Shown one piece after another: positions 1-9,948 of a DNA stretch of 64,000 nucleotides (within the stretch, counting starts at the first letter, position 1; each line of letters begins with the position of its first letter). The position numbers were made by a program, and so were the translations under genes. The notes under the pieces are model-generated. The model was not told the origin of the DNA and did not search any database. It saw only the letters and a program-made list of their open reading frames with translations. The stretch lies in the IMG/VR virus record IMGVR_UViG_3300035523_000146, one strand, 5' to 3'. Source of the DNA: a virus.

Positions 1-1248
1 GGCGGACATGGCGGTCGGCCCTGGAGCGAAGGCCACGATCGGATGCGAAAAAGGCATCTGCCGTTCTGGCAGCAGGCTCTGGAGATCGATCTGCTGTCGG
101 ATCTCAATGGATGTCTGCCCCGCGTCGAAACGGTTCTCCGCGATCTTCAGGATGGACGAAGCGGAAAAACCTTGCAGAACTACGCCGAATCCTTGGCGGC
201 GTTCTGCGATTGGGCCATCGAACGCGGCTATTTGGATGTCGATCCGCTCAAGAACCTGAAGAAATTCGATACGACGCCGAAGGTCGTACGCCGGGCTTTG
301 ACGGCCGACGAAGTCGCTCGCCTTCTCGCGGTTGCTTCCGGCGAACGCCGGCTGCTGTACAAGATCGCGCTGACCAGCGGTCTGCGGGCTAACGAACTTC
401 GTAGTCTACTGTTTCGCCATCTCGATGTTCCGAACAACGGTCTGCGGCTTGAAGACGGCTGGACGAAAGGCCGGAAAGCGACGTTCCAGCCGCTGCCGCC
501 GACCTTGGTCAGCGAACTGGTGGCAACCGCCGGCAGCGATCCGGCGAAGCCGCTGCTGAAAGTTCCAAAGGATACCGCCGGGATGATCTGTCGAGACCTG
601 ATCGCCGCCGGCATTCAGCGTATGACCACAGAAGGCAAAGTTGATTTCCATGCCTTACGTACGGCGTATACGACCTTCGTCTTTGAAGTCGGGGCGTCGG
701 TAAAGGAAGCCCAGACCCTCGCGCGACATTCGACGCCCGATCTCACGTTAAACGTCTACGCCAGGACGAGATCATCGCGTTTGTCGGACATCACCCAGCG
801 TGTCGGCGATGTCGTCCTTGGCGGCAGTTGTCCAACAGATGTCCAACAGCAGGCAGCGGCGGCGAACGCAAAATCTGCAAAGCAAGAGATTGAAACGACT
901 TCCGGCGGAAACGGCGTCGAGAACTCTGAGGGTTCGAGCCCCGATCATGCCGCCGTCGCTGCTGCGGACGCAACCGGACGCCAGCAGTCGATCGGTGGAC
1001 AGGAACTGACGCAAACCGGACAGCCGGAAGAACTTACGAAGACCATTGATGGTGTCCTGCGGACGCTGGCGGGCCCGGTCGAGCCCAATACCGGACGCAG
1101 CGACTGTCCAACAGATGTCCAACGGCCGATGCCTATGAGCGGCTTTTCTGGCTTCAGCGGCCTTGCGACCAGCAGCAAACAGCCTGTAAACGATGTCTAT
1201 CCCGGCTGGGCCGGTTTTTCCGGCTGGTCTGGCTGCAAAACGGCCTGA
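1..1248 (+). CDS. Tyrosine recombinase/integrase, 5'-truncated by window edge, with low-complexity C-terminal extension
   Basis: Frame is open from base 1. Catalytic motifs: LTSGLRANEL (R), KVDFHALR (HxxR), LARHS (H), LNVYAR (Y). Confidence 0.93.
   Translation, partial: GGHGGRPWSEGHDRMRKRHLPFWQQALEIDLLSDLNGCLPRVETVLRDLQDGRSGKTLQNYAESLAAFCDWAIERGYLDVDPLKNLKKFDTTPKVVRRALTADEVARLLAVASGERRLLYKIALTSGLRANELRSLLFRHLDVPNNGLRLEDGWTKGRKATFQPLPPTLVSELVATAGSDPAKPLLKVPKDTAGMICRDLIAAGIQRMTTEGKVDFHALRTAYTTFVFEVGASVKEAQTLARHSTPDLTLNVYARTRSSRLSDITQRVGDVVLGGSCPTDVQQQAAAANAKSAKQEIETTSGGNGVENSEGSSPDHAAVAAADATGRQQSIGGQELTQTGQPEELTKTIDGVLRTLAGPVEPNTGRSDCPTDVQRPMPMSGFSGFSGLATSSKQPVNDVYPGWAGFSGWSGCKTA
829..1123 (+). 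repeat. Identical 19-bp direct repeat TGTCCAACAGATGTCCAAC at 829-847 and 1105-1123; putative integrase arm-type sites
   Basis: Read directly. Each copy is a tandem pair of TGTCCAAC and both lie in the integrase 3' end. Confidence 0.75.
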
Positions 1249-1332
1249 TCCGCAGACATCGATTCTCCGGAGGTCAGAATCGGCGAAGAGCCTTGCGCGT
1301 AATCGGCGGCTGTCGTTCACGCCGTCGCCGGT

Positions 1333-1369
1333 CCGGAGAGAGGAAGGCGATCCTTCCTCTCTCTCCCGG
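1333..1369. terminator. Hairpin between convergent genes (probable bidirectional terminator)
   Basis: AGAGAGGAAGG-CGAT-CCTTCCTCTCT inverted repeat between the integrase stop (1248) and the minus-strand ORF stop (1378); no long U-tract. Confidence 0.5.
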
Positions 1370-1377
1370 TGTGGGCT

Positions 1378-2403
1378 CTACGCCGCCTGCGCCTTGGGAT
1401 CGGGCTTCTTGCGCGTGCGCGCCTTCGCCTTATTTGTGCTGGCGGAACTCGGCGGCTGAATCTGGACCTTCTCAGCGGCGATGGCGGTGGTCGACACCGG
1501 CAAACTGCCAGCCTGCGCGGTGGCGATCTTCGGCGCGGCAGCCGCCTGCATTTCGTGCTGGCTTTCGCGCGCGCCATCATCCGCAATCACGGACGTGTCT
1601 GACGCTGCAGAAGTGGTGCTCGCCAGAGTCGCCGCTTGAGGGGCGGTCTTTACCGTTCCAGTCTTCATCGCGCTTTTCGCCGCGTTGAGATCCACGAGGA
1701 TCAGCATCTTCCCTCTGGCAGGGCAGGCGGCAGCGATCTTGGCGCGCAGTTCCGGCTCCGCCAAGTAGGCATCGATCGCGGTAGGGGTGGATTCCGCCGG
1801 CACAATGGTAACCAGCGGCACGCAAAGTCCGGCCGGCACGATCACCTCGTCGAACTTCGCTTTCAGCCGTTCGACATCAAGCCTCTCGATCATCGGCGGC
1901 TTGACAGCAAAGAGATCCTCGGCGGCGACCGGTCGGCACTTGTGTGTGTTCAGCGACGCGTTGATCGCCCGCTCTTTCCTGAACAGCGCCCGCACGTCGC
2001 GATGCGAAAGTTCACGCTTGATGATCCGCTGCGCCGTCGTCTTGATGTGTTCTTCGATCACGCGCTTCTCCACCTCGTTCTTTGCGATTTTCAAGGCGAC
2101 CTCACGGCCACGATGCAGCTCATAGAATGCGGACAGCGAATCGGGCGGCAACACGTTTGTAGGATGCTTCAGGTGAATCCGCATCTGCTCCGCTTTAGTT
2201 TCCATCGAGATTTGCGGCATGGTGGCCCCACAGAGTTGGACCGCGGCCTTGATGTAGGGCTGGCGTGCCTTTTCCGCCGCATTTTTGATGCGCATTGCGG
2301 CCTGCGCCTGCCGCCATTGCGATGAACCACATTCCCGCCGTGCTTTGCTGTATTCCTTGCACGCGGCCACCACCTGCGGATCGAACTTGCACTTCTGTGA
2401 CAT
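1378..2403 (-). CDS. Hypothetical mobile-element protein, basic, possibly DNA-binding; Ala-rich disordered C-terminus
   Basis: Long ORF. AGGAG RBS precedes ATG at 2403 (MSQKCKF), preferred over the track start at 2502. Confidence 0.65.
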   Translation of the reverse strand: MSQKCKFDPQVVAACKEYSKARRECGSSQWRQAQAAMRIKNAAEKARQPYIKAAVQLCGATMPQISMETKAEQMRIHLKHPTNVLPPDSLSAFYELHRGREVALKIAKNEVEKRVIEEHIKTTAQRIIKRELSHRDVRALFRKERAINASLNTHKCRPVAAEDLFAVKPPMIERLDVERLKAKFDEVIVPAGLCVPLVTIVPAESTPTAIDAYLAEPELRAKIAAACPARGKMLILVDLNAAKSAMKTGTVKTAPQAATLASTTSAASDTSVIADDGARESQHEMQAAAAPKIATAQAGSLPVSTTAIAAEKVQIQPPSSASTNKAKARTRKKPDPKAQAA

Positions 2404-2659
2404 GGCTTCTCTCCTGTTGCCAGTGTTGATTGACCTGATGCTTAGCCCCACGACCAAGTCCTCCAGGTCGGACGCGGGGATCCTACGGAGGCGGTTTGAC
2501 ATGTCCTGCCGTGAATTTTCCAGATTTTAAGCACATAAGCATAACTCACTTCCTCATTGGGACTTAGAAGAACGGCCTGTCAGGAGATTTTTCCGCCACG
2601 CTCAGATTGTCGGTCCGGAAGCCATGTGCTAGCTTAATCCGATGACGCTCAGAACCGGA

Positions 2660-2677
2660 ATTTCAGGCGCCTGAAAT
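2660..2677. promoter_or_regulatory. Perfect 18-bp palindrome ATTTCAGGCGCCTGAAAT, possible operator
   Basis: Read directly, upstream of the 1378-2403 gene; function inferred. Confidence 0.35.
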
Positions 2678-3466
2678 CCAGCGGGTTGGCAACGGTTGCA
2701 GATCAAAAGGGTTGCGCATCGCGGTTGACCTCGGCTCGCAGCTCCACCGGCTGCGCCTCGTCCCTTGGTCTCCCACCTGACAAATGCCGATACGATGGGT
2801 GCGTTTGAGTATCCGTCCGGCGAAGGCCGGGGTGTTGAATGGTTGGGTGTGGCACGGGTTCTGGTCGGCGGGTGGATCAGTTAGCTGCGGGCGCGGGAGT
2901 CGGGTTGGGTATCCAGTTCTGCGGCGTCAGTTCAGAGACGGCACTGGCGGGGTAGCTTCGCACGTTCTCAGTCAACTTTGCAGATGGGCTTCGCCGGACG
3001 GCTGCGCCTTTGAAGGCAATGCTCGGTTCCACCAGGAGGTGCGGCGGTCGCATCTCGCCGGCATTTTGGCTACCGGAGCGGCCGATGCCCAGCGCGCCGC
3101 CGCAGAGCAGCAGCGTCGCGGGCTGGGGAGACGATTTGCTGCGTGCGGGCGTGTAGGAGGCTGATCGGTCGGCTCACCAACCTGCCCTTCGATTGGCTTG
3201 ACGGGCACTACCGGGAATTCGGCTCCGAAAACGGAAGATGATTATTGCGACTGCCAAAACGCCCGAGTCCAATGGACAGAGCGGCAAGCGGCGCGTGTGG
3301 CGCGTCGCAGGCAGCAACATCACAACCATAGATCAAGCCGATCTGGACAACAGGAAAGCGGGGCGGCAGGATTCGTCCTGCTATTAAGATCGTTTTCTCA
3401 CGCATACACGCCAATGCGCTTTGCGCTCGCTGGCAATCGTAGATTGTAGATTCCGAATACAACGCA

Positions 3467-4996
3467 TCAGTTCTGCGGTGGCCTAAACACAGTCACGGGG
3501 AGACCGAGGATCGCACCGTTATTGATGCGGAAGAAGGCCGTCGATTCTACCGGCTCGGCCCCAGCCGGGAGAGAGGGCATAGAAATTGACACGGAAACTC
3601 GCCAATTGCCGTCTTTGACTTCGTCGGCGAACTCGAGTTTCATTGGAACATTCTCGCTCCCCCAGCTCTCAAGGACACTAAACCCCCTCTTTGCGTGGCT
3701 CCCCAGACGCACAATCGCCGTACCCTCGCCACGTCCGTTGAGCGTCACTAAGGCAATCCCCGGCACCGCATGAATGTCCGCAATAATTGAACCGTTGACT
3801 GCGACCTTATGTGTTGACACGCTCCCTGCTGCCGAAAGCACGACATTCACTTCGCCTCGGAGCTCGCCAACTGGACAGTCGTTGTCTGCTTCGACCAGTA
3901 GCCGTATTATGTAGTCCTCTGGCGCAACCTTGTACCCGGCTTCGCTGCCGATTCTATGAACTGCATCGCCAACTCCGCTGCAGCTCACCGAACACCGTAA
4001 ATGCCTGAAGATGGTGAGATTCGGCGACGCGACAAACGTTGCGTGGCGTACTTGAAAACCCTCAAATCCCGGATCGCTAACGTAAAACTCTTTTTCAAGC
4101 TTGCTGCCTTGGGGCAAATCCTCCAAATTCACTCTCTGAGCAGAAAGAACCCGCGTGCGCAGGACTCCGCCAGCCATGCGCAGTACGCACAAAGGACTCG
4201 TCGGATCGTTGGTCTTTACTACAAGACTATGCATGAAATAACCTTGAGAGTTTCTGAGATCAACATCAGCTTCTATGGTGCTCGCCTGACCTTGTCCCAG
4301 TCGGGTACTTGCTATCTTAAATGCAGAGCAGCCACAACTCTTCTTTATGTCGCCGATGACCAGATCACTGCGCCCAACATTGCGAAACGAGAAGCAATAA
4401 TGGCTATGGTCTTTTTGCACGCCGTTGTCAAGAAGACAGCTATCCCATTCAATGTACGGTGCGTCACCCCCAGCTTTCGAGACAACCCTCCTTATTGAAA
4501 GCGTCTCGCCATGCCAGACATTCTCCAGTTCCAACCGTGTCAACCACCGGGCCGGCTTGGACTCCTCGTAGATACGTACGCTGTTACGCTGAAGGCCCGA
4601 TTCCCGCGGATCGACCGCAACAAAATGATTTCCGTTTACAAAGAGTACCGCCGTGCCGTCAAGACGCCTTAGGTTCTCCCAGTCAAATCGTTCGGCGCGA
4701 GCCTGGACTTCCGAGATACCTTTTGCCACCCGCTCTAAATCGGTCAAAAGGACGCCCTCTGAAGTCACGGTGCACTGCGATGACAATTGCCGAAAACTAG
4801 CAGGGACACCGAGACGCCATAATGCCATTGTGAGGCTGTACGGACCGCAGAGCATCTGCTTGTACTTTGGGTCAGCCGGGTCAAGCCTAACTGCTGCAGT
4901 TGAATCTCTTCGACTCAGCCTTGCTGCGATCAAAAATACAATCCCGAGAACGGCGATGGCAACGGCCGTCTTTGTGCGCCTTCTCTTAGACAGCAT
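3467..4996 (-). CDS. Membrane-anchored C39-family cysteine peptidase fused to a DUF1573 (Ig-like) domain
   Basis: Basic N-terminus plus TM helix; QMLCGPYSL (Gln/Cys) and GNHFVAV (His); FSFRNVGRSDLVIGDIKKSCGCS is the DUF1573 signature. Confidence 0.85.
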   Translation of the reverse strand: MLSKRRRTKTAVAIAVLGIVFLIAARLSRRDSTAAVRLDPADPKYKQMLCGPYSLTMALWRLGVPASFRQLSSQCTVTSEGVLLTDLERVAKGISEVQARAERFDWENLRRLDGTAVLFVNGNHFVAVDPRESGLQRNSVRIYEESKPARWLTRLELENVWHGETLSIRRVVSKAGGDAPYIEWDSCLLDNGVQKDHSHYCFSFRNVGRSDLVIGDIKKSCGCSAFKIASTRLGQGQASTIEADVDLRNSQGYFMHSLVVKTNDPTSPLCVLRMAGGVLRTRVLSAQRVNLEDLPQGSKLEKEFYVSDPGFEGFQVRHATFVASPNLTIFRHLRCSVSCSGVGDAVHRIGSEAGYKVAPEDYIIRLLVEADNDCPVGELRGEVNVVLSAAGSVSTHKVAVNGSIIADIHAVPGIALVTLNGRGEGTAIVRLGSHAKRGFSVLESWGSENVPMKLEFADEVKDGNWRVSVSISMPSLPAGAEPVESTAFFRINNGAILGLPVTVFRPPQN

Positions 4997-5002
4997 GCGT
5001 TC

Positions 5003-6184
5003 TTAGCCCCTTCGAATTCGGCGAACAAGCCACCATCCTAAGACGACAACAACGGCTAACAAGGCGAGTGCCCAACCTAGGGGCATAAGGTACCATGGAC
5101 GTCGCGAGGATGTGGATGTTGCCGAGTCCGGCTCCCTCTCCGTATTATTGCTCGGCCGTTCAGTCGGGCTAATCTTGGATACCCTTCGTGATGCGCTCCG
5201 GGTTGCAGCCTCTCTTACCTCATCTGGAGTGAAGACCAGCGGCGGTGAAAGTCTATAATCATGAATCGTGAGCTTAGGCGGGCGCTTCTCGATCACAGCA
5301 CTCCTGGCGTCCGCGTAGAGCTTCTCATTGAAGTTTTCCACTGCGGGATCAAATGTCACTTCATCTGACCGCTCATCGGCACCCTCGATTGGACCCAAGT
5401 AACAGCAAACTGCGCGTTCTGGAACGCAATACACACCACTCCATGCAGTCCCCTGGTTTCTTACTTCGCAGTTGACGGATTGCGGTTTTCGCTCACTGTA
5501 AAAGCGCGCTTTCCGTACCATCCATGCCGCGGCAGGATCGATTTCTAGTTCCCACCTGCCATGGAGTCCTTCAGATCGTTTCCCGTTAGCAGAAACGGCA
5601 ATATACCCGACTCCAGAATCTTTGGCCTCAGTCACTTCAGTGATATTATTTGAAAAGAAACGGCCCAAGGACCAAAATATAATATTTCTCGGTGCATTGG
5701 GTCCAACATCCTTGGGACCAAACAATGACGAATTAAGCATGTCTGCGCCTTCGGCGATTTTGTTTTCGGGGCCAATTTTCATAACCCTATCAACATAGTA
5801 GTTTCCACATGCGTCTGGGCCCCAGTACCCCCATTGCCTAGTACGGATCGAGAAAATGTGCCATCCGTTTTGATCCCTGCCGCCTACGTTACCTGCCGCT
5901 GCCAAGGCTTCGAAGGTCGGCTTCTCAAAATCCGTAACCTCTTTAACATACCCGCATCGTCCAGACTCAAAAGTCAGGCGCCACTTTCGTGTTACGCGTA
6001 TCTCGGGGCCCACGCCGTTTAAGGGGTCGTTGCTCGTTTGGGTCCCCGAGACCATCAATCCTGCCGCATAAATAGAATCATAGCGTTTTAGCTTTTCTAA
6101 AACCGCCGTCGCGTCGTGGGCATGGGTTTGGATCTGACTGCCCAAACAACCGAGTAGACAAATGGTCAACGCCGTTCGCAGCAT
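5003..6184 (-). CDS. Secreted protein with C-terminal membrane anchor
   Basis: N-terminal signal peptide; Ser/Thr/Arg-rich linker; C-terminal TM followed by RRIRRG. Confidence 0.8.
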   Translation of the reverse strand: MLRTALTICLLGCLGSQIQTHAHDATAVLEKLKRYDSIYAAGLMVSGTQTSNDPLNGVGPEIRVTRKWRLTFESGRCGYVKEVTDFEKPTFEALAAAGNVGGRDQNGWHIFSIRTRQWGYWGPDACGNYYVDRVMKIGPENKIAEGADMLNSSLFGPKDVGPNAPRNIIFWSLGRFFSNNITEVTEAKDSGVGYIAVSANGKRSEGLHGRWELEIDPAAAWMVRKARFYSERKPQSVNCEVRNQGTAWSGVYCVPERAVCCYLGPIEGADERSDEVTFDPAVENFNEKLYADARSAVIEKRPPKLTIHDYRLSPPLVFTPDEVREAATRSASRRVSKISPTERPSNNTEREPDSATSTSSRRPWYLMPLGWALALLAVVVVLGWWLVRRIRRG

Positions 6185-6202
6185 CGATGCCTCCCTTTCA
6201 CG

Positions 6203-6763
6203 TTATCCTTGTACCCCGCATCGATACCGCTTCGTCACTTGGGGAAAATCCCCATAAGGTTCCATTTCGCCGTTGCAACCATGATCGCTATAACACGGAG
6301 TGTTGGCACCGTGATTATAGGTGCCATCTGGCTCCTGAGACCAGATTTGGGCACAGTCGTATATTGGACTTGGCTGAGGAATGCCGCCATAGGTCTGGTA
6401 TGCCTGTGTCCACGAGCAAGGCATTATACGGTTGCTCACCCATTTGCTCCAATCGTTGTCATCCTCGTAGAATTCACAGGGTGGATCATCGGGGTTTATA
6501 CACGGCGTGCAATCTATCCCTCGAATGGTGATTATTGCGCACTTCTCCTTATCGCATGGTCTATTTATATAGAGATGCTTGCATTCCTCGAAATTGTATA
6601 CCTGCGTGTCGTCACAGTTTCTGCAATTGCCTATGGTGGGCCCACCATAAACCGCGAGACTCGAAGGAGCGTTCAGGCTCCACAATATGCTCCCAACTGA
6701 TAGTGCAAGGAGCACTATCACTAACGCTGCCCACCAAGCCTGCAAGAAAGTTAATCCTCTCAT
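6203..6763 (-). CDS. Cys-rich secreted protein with double-glycine motif (candidate precursor/substrate)
   Basis: Strong RBS (AGGAGG); hydrophobic N-terminus, then SSLAVYGG, then 13 Cys in about 145 residues. Confidence 0.8.
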   Translation of the reverse strand: MRGLTFLQAWWAALVIVLLALSVGSILWSLNAPSSLAVYGGPTIGNCRNCDDTQVYNFEECKHLYINRPCDKEKCAIITIRGIDCTPCINPDDPPCEFYEDDNDWSKWVSNRIMPCSWTQAYQTYGGIPQPSPIYDCAQIWSQEPDGTYNHGANTPCYSDHGCNGEMEPYGDFPQVTKRYRCGVQG

Positions 6764-6922
6764 TTGAAATCCCCTCCTATCGGATCCTTGCGCCTAGACA
6801 TCTCCAAGAACCGCCCCTGTACAGCAAGGCTGTACTGTATCTTCCTTCTAACGTCAGCCAGCACCCGTCGCAGGCCTCACGGCCGCTTAGCAAGAAGAGG
6901 CATGAGGCGCAGATTCAACTGA

Positions 6923-8065
6923 TCAAATTCTCTTCCAAGTCACCTCCCTGTCAAATCTAAGGACATGCTGCGCACTCTGTTGGGCGCTGTCGACTGATGG
7001 AATCCAAGAGGTGTGGCCCTCTGCGCTTATGCGCAGGCGCAAATCCTTTAGTTGCTCTACAGCGTTGATCCAGATTAGCCCCTCTCCGTTTTCCACCCCA
7101 AAGATCACTTGGCCGTCGACCACGAAGAGTTCAACGGGTGCTTGCAGAAACCACTCTCGGACGTTATCTAGCCTGCCATGAGCCCACATGGGTCGCTCGC
7201 CACGCGGCTGAAGTTCCGGACTTCTATAGGGCGGAACTTCTACGAGTGCCACACGAGGGGAATTGTCCAATCCAGCAAGCTCTTCGGTTATCTTCCGGTA
7301 CTTGGGCATCGCCAGTTGGCAGTGCGGACAGCTCCGATCGTACAACACGATAATCCATGCACCTTTGGCCAGATCCTCGCTGATCTTAATGTGCCGAAGC
7401 AGGGGGAAACGCCCGCCGACCCACTGCGTAGGCTCCAGCAAAACGAAAGGACTCTTACCGATAAGCTCGCCATCTGTTGAGAGCTGGGCCGGGCGAGCAA
7501 GTGCCATCACGAGCGCTGACGAAGTACACAGGAACAAGCCAAGTACCGCGACGGTCGCTCCTCGCCATCGCTGTACCCGCATCTTGATATTTCTTGGCGG
7601 ACACATGACAAGAGCAATGAGGAACAGTAGATCAAGGGTCAAGGTGTAGCTTGGCGGTACCTCGGCTTTTCCAAAACATCCGCAGCTCAGATCACCATGC
7701 CATACTTTATACGCGCTCGCACACGCGAAAACAGTGAAACACAAGATGCTCACCTGCCACGTTAGGCGCCTCCAAAGCCCACCGACTAAGCAGAGCGCCA
7801 ACACAAACTCGAACTCGACCAAGGCAATCAGCACCCATCGCGACGCAATGAGACTGTTCTGCATCAACGGGCTAGTTGCCAAATGATAGGCTTTCATGGT
7901 CGCTGCGGTAAGCAATACAGTTGCGAGCAAAATACCGATTACTCTATGTGTGTCAAGTGCCCTCTGTGCAGTACGCCCTTCCTGTATAGTTTCCTTCGCA
8001 ACGCAACCCCTACGAGCTGCTGCCTCGGATGGCATCACGATGTCCAAGGACGGCTCACCGATCAT
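6923..8065 (-). CDS. MauE/DoxX-family membrane protein fused to a thioredoxin-like domain
   Basis: Several TM helices with DLSCGCFG; C-terminal WIIVLYDRSCPHC (CxxC). Confidence 0.85.
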   Translation of the reverse strand: MIGEPSLDIVMPSEAAARRGCVAKETIQEGRTAQRALDTHRVIGILLATVLLTAATMKAYHLATSPLMQNSLIASRWVLIALVEFEFVLALCLVGGLWRRLTWQVSILCFTVFACASAYKVWHGDLSCGCFGKAEVPPSYTLTLDLLFLIALVMCPPRNIKMRVQRWRGATVAVLGLFLCTSSALVMALARPAQLSTDGELIGKSPFVLLEPTQWVGGRFPLLRHIKISEDLAKGAWIIVLYDRSCPHCQLAMPKYRKITEELAGLDNSPRVALVEVPPYRSPELQPRGERPMWAHGRLDNVREWFLQAPVELFVVDGQVIFGVENGEGLIWINAVEQLKDLRLRISAEGHTSWIPSVDSAQQSAQHVLRFDREVTWKRI

Positions 8066-9918
8066 GGCGCAGTCCCCTTGCTAAGCGTCAGGGAATTGGA
8101 CTCAACTGGAATGCTTTTAATCAGGCGCTGCTCCCAACGCTTGACCTCTGGGAGAAATGGCGACTCCGGATACTGATGCCTAATGAACCGCAACACACGC
8201 AACGCGTCAGTGTATTGGCAGCGAGCGAGGAGACCCATTGCCGCGGCATAGTAGAGTTCCGCGCCCAACGGATGTGCCGGAAACTTCTCGAAGAAGCTCT
8301 TCTGCAGTTCGCTTGCTTCGTCGAATCTCAGGAGCCTACGATTTGCCACCCAATCGATGTACAGCAGCTCCGGCAGGCACTCCCGGCATCGCTCATCTTG
8401 AACCCGTTCAATCGCCTCTGCGACAACTTGCTCAAAGGCGTGCTCTTCAAAAAGATATCTCAATCGCAACGTGGCGGCCTTGGCGTAATGACAGTCTTGA
8501 GCAGCGTCGGTGAGAATCTGGCGCAATAGGTCAATCGCTTCCTTTGGCGAACCCGTGTCGTGCATCAATTCTGCAATTCTCAACCGCAGAGATATGGAGC
8601 GTTCCTTGGAATTGGTGGACAGCGCAGCTTCAAGGGCCAGCTTGAGGTAATATAACCCTGTCGGATATTCCCGGTTCCGCAGCATTAGGTCAGCGCCCTG
8701 CTCTAGGCAGTCCAAGTAGCCTTCAGGAGAGGGCCTCCGGTGCGGGCCCAGGCACTGCGAACACGCATAAGCAGTTCGAGGATACCGTGCAGCGAAGGCG
8801 AATTCCTCCAGTACTGACAGAACCTCCTTTTCCCGCAGCCAACTGGGAAGGTTCGCGATGCTGCGTTCCGACCAACCTTCATCTGCGCAGCTCAGCAACG
8901 GAATCACAAGCGATAGACGCCGGACTTCGGCGGCATTTCCATATGTTGTAGTTCGCGCCTCCTCCCAAACTGCTTCATTTAGACCTTTCACACTTGCAGC
9001 GTAATAGGCTTGCATAACTTTCTGGTCTGCGGAGCTCAAAGCGGCCAACGCCAAGTCGTTCTTGAACGCCGCGCTGTTCCTGGTGAGAAGTGTCAGTGCC
9101 GAGATGGTGTGCCCGGCGGATTCGCCTGCAGTCTCGCCCGCCAGCGCAGCCTTTCGATTCAGATATGACGCACGATGAGACGACAAATTCCTGAACACAG
9201 TTGCTACTATATCATCAAGAAGGACGACCTTTCGCTGAAATGCCTGGACATCCTTATCCTTCGAATATTGACTTAAAATCCTATCATAGTCAGACTGATA
9301 CTCTGCGCAAGCTTGCTGCCGAATGCGCCTTACCGCCTCAGCATCGCGCGCGCTAACGCACGGCGTGAAACCCGTGCACACGAGGATCGCCAGCGCCAAG
9401 ATGATTGAACAAGCTCTCTTGGGCGGACGAAAACAGAGTCTGAACATTCCGGAGCATGCGCCGAATGGGGCGGTGCCGCTGACACGATAGCTACAGCACA
9501 ATGCAAAAGACGCACACGCCATCAAGACAAACGAACGACAAAGCGTTACGATGCTGACGTGGTCGTCACCGAAACCAAGGCCGCAGCCGCACTGTACTGA
9601 AAGTCCTCGATAAAGTACGCTCGCCTGCGCAATGCCAAAAACCGCGAACATAAGAGCGCAAATTGTTAGAGCCAAGCACCGGCATGCGCCGCCGATAAGG
9701 CAGATGCTTAACAGAAACTCCACCCAGGGCAGAACGATAGCAATCATCGTGGCAGGCACCGGGGTCAGGAGTTCGTACCCATAGATGCTGGTGAGAAACG
9801 CGGCAGGCGCGGTGATCTTTGGGATACTGGTCCATAGCAGCAACGCGCCAAGTCCGAGTGTTACCACTCGGCTTGCGCAGCAGTTTACCCTCCCCCAGCG
9901 CATGTAAAGATCACTCAT
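8062..9918 (-). CDS. MauE/DoxX-family membrane protein fused to a TPR-like helical domain
   Basis: KITAPAAF...LPWVE...SVQCGCG in the TM region; C-terminal helical repeats (FFEKFPAHPLG, IRHQYPESPF); 4-bp overlap with the next gene. Confidence 0.8.
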   Translation of the reverse strand: MSDLYMRWGRVNCCASRVVTLGLGALLLWTSIPKITAPAAFLTSIYGYELLTPVPATMIAIVLPWVEFLLSICLIGGACRCLALTICALMFAVFGIAQASVLYRGLSVQCGCGLGFGDDHVSIVTLCRSFVLMACASFALCCSYRVSGTAPFGACSGMFRLCFRPPKRACSIILALAILVCTGFTPCVSARDAEAVRRIRQQACAEYQSDYDRILSQYSKDKDVQAFQRKVVLLDDIVATVFRNLSSHRASYLNRKAALAGETAGESAGHTISALTLLTRNSAAFKNDLALAALSSADQKVMQAYYAASVKGLNEAVWEEARTTTYGNAAEVRRLSLVIPLLSCADEGWSERSIANLPSWLREKEVLSVLEEFAFAARYPRTAYACSQCLGPHRRPSPEGYLDCLEQGADLMLRNREYPTGLYYLKLALEAALSTNSKERSISLRLRIAELMHDTGSPKEAIDLLRQILTDAAQDCHYAKAATLRLRYLFEEHAFEQVVAEAIERVQDERCRECLPELLYIDWVANRRLLRFDEASELQKSFFEKFPAHPLGAELYYAAAMGLLARCQYTDALRVLRFIRHQYPESPFLPEVKRWEQRLIKSIPVESNSLTLSKGTAP

Positions 9919-9948
9919 CAGTCAAACACCTTTGGCCCGAGCCAGCCG

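Noticed and set aside
928-944. tRNA T-arm inside the first integrase as a stand-alone feature
   Set aside because: Only three stem pairs form; too weak alone, and mentioned only as context for the arm repeats.
2784-3462. Short ORFs between the first module and the C39 cluster
   Set aside because: Mutually overlapping, no clear RBS or motifs; left unannotated.
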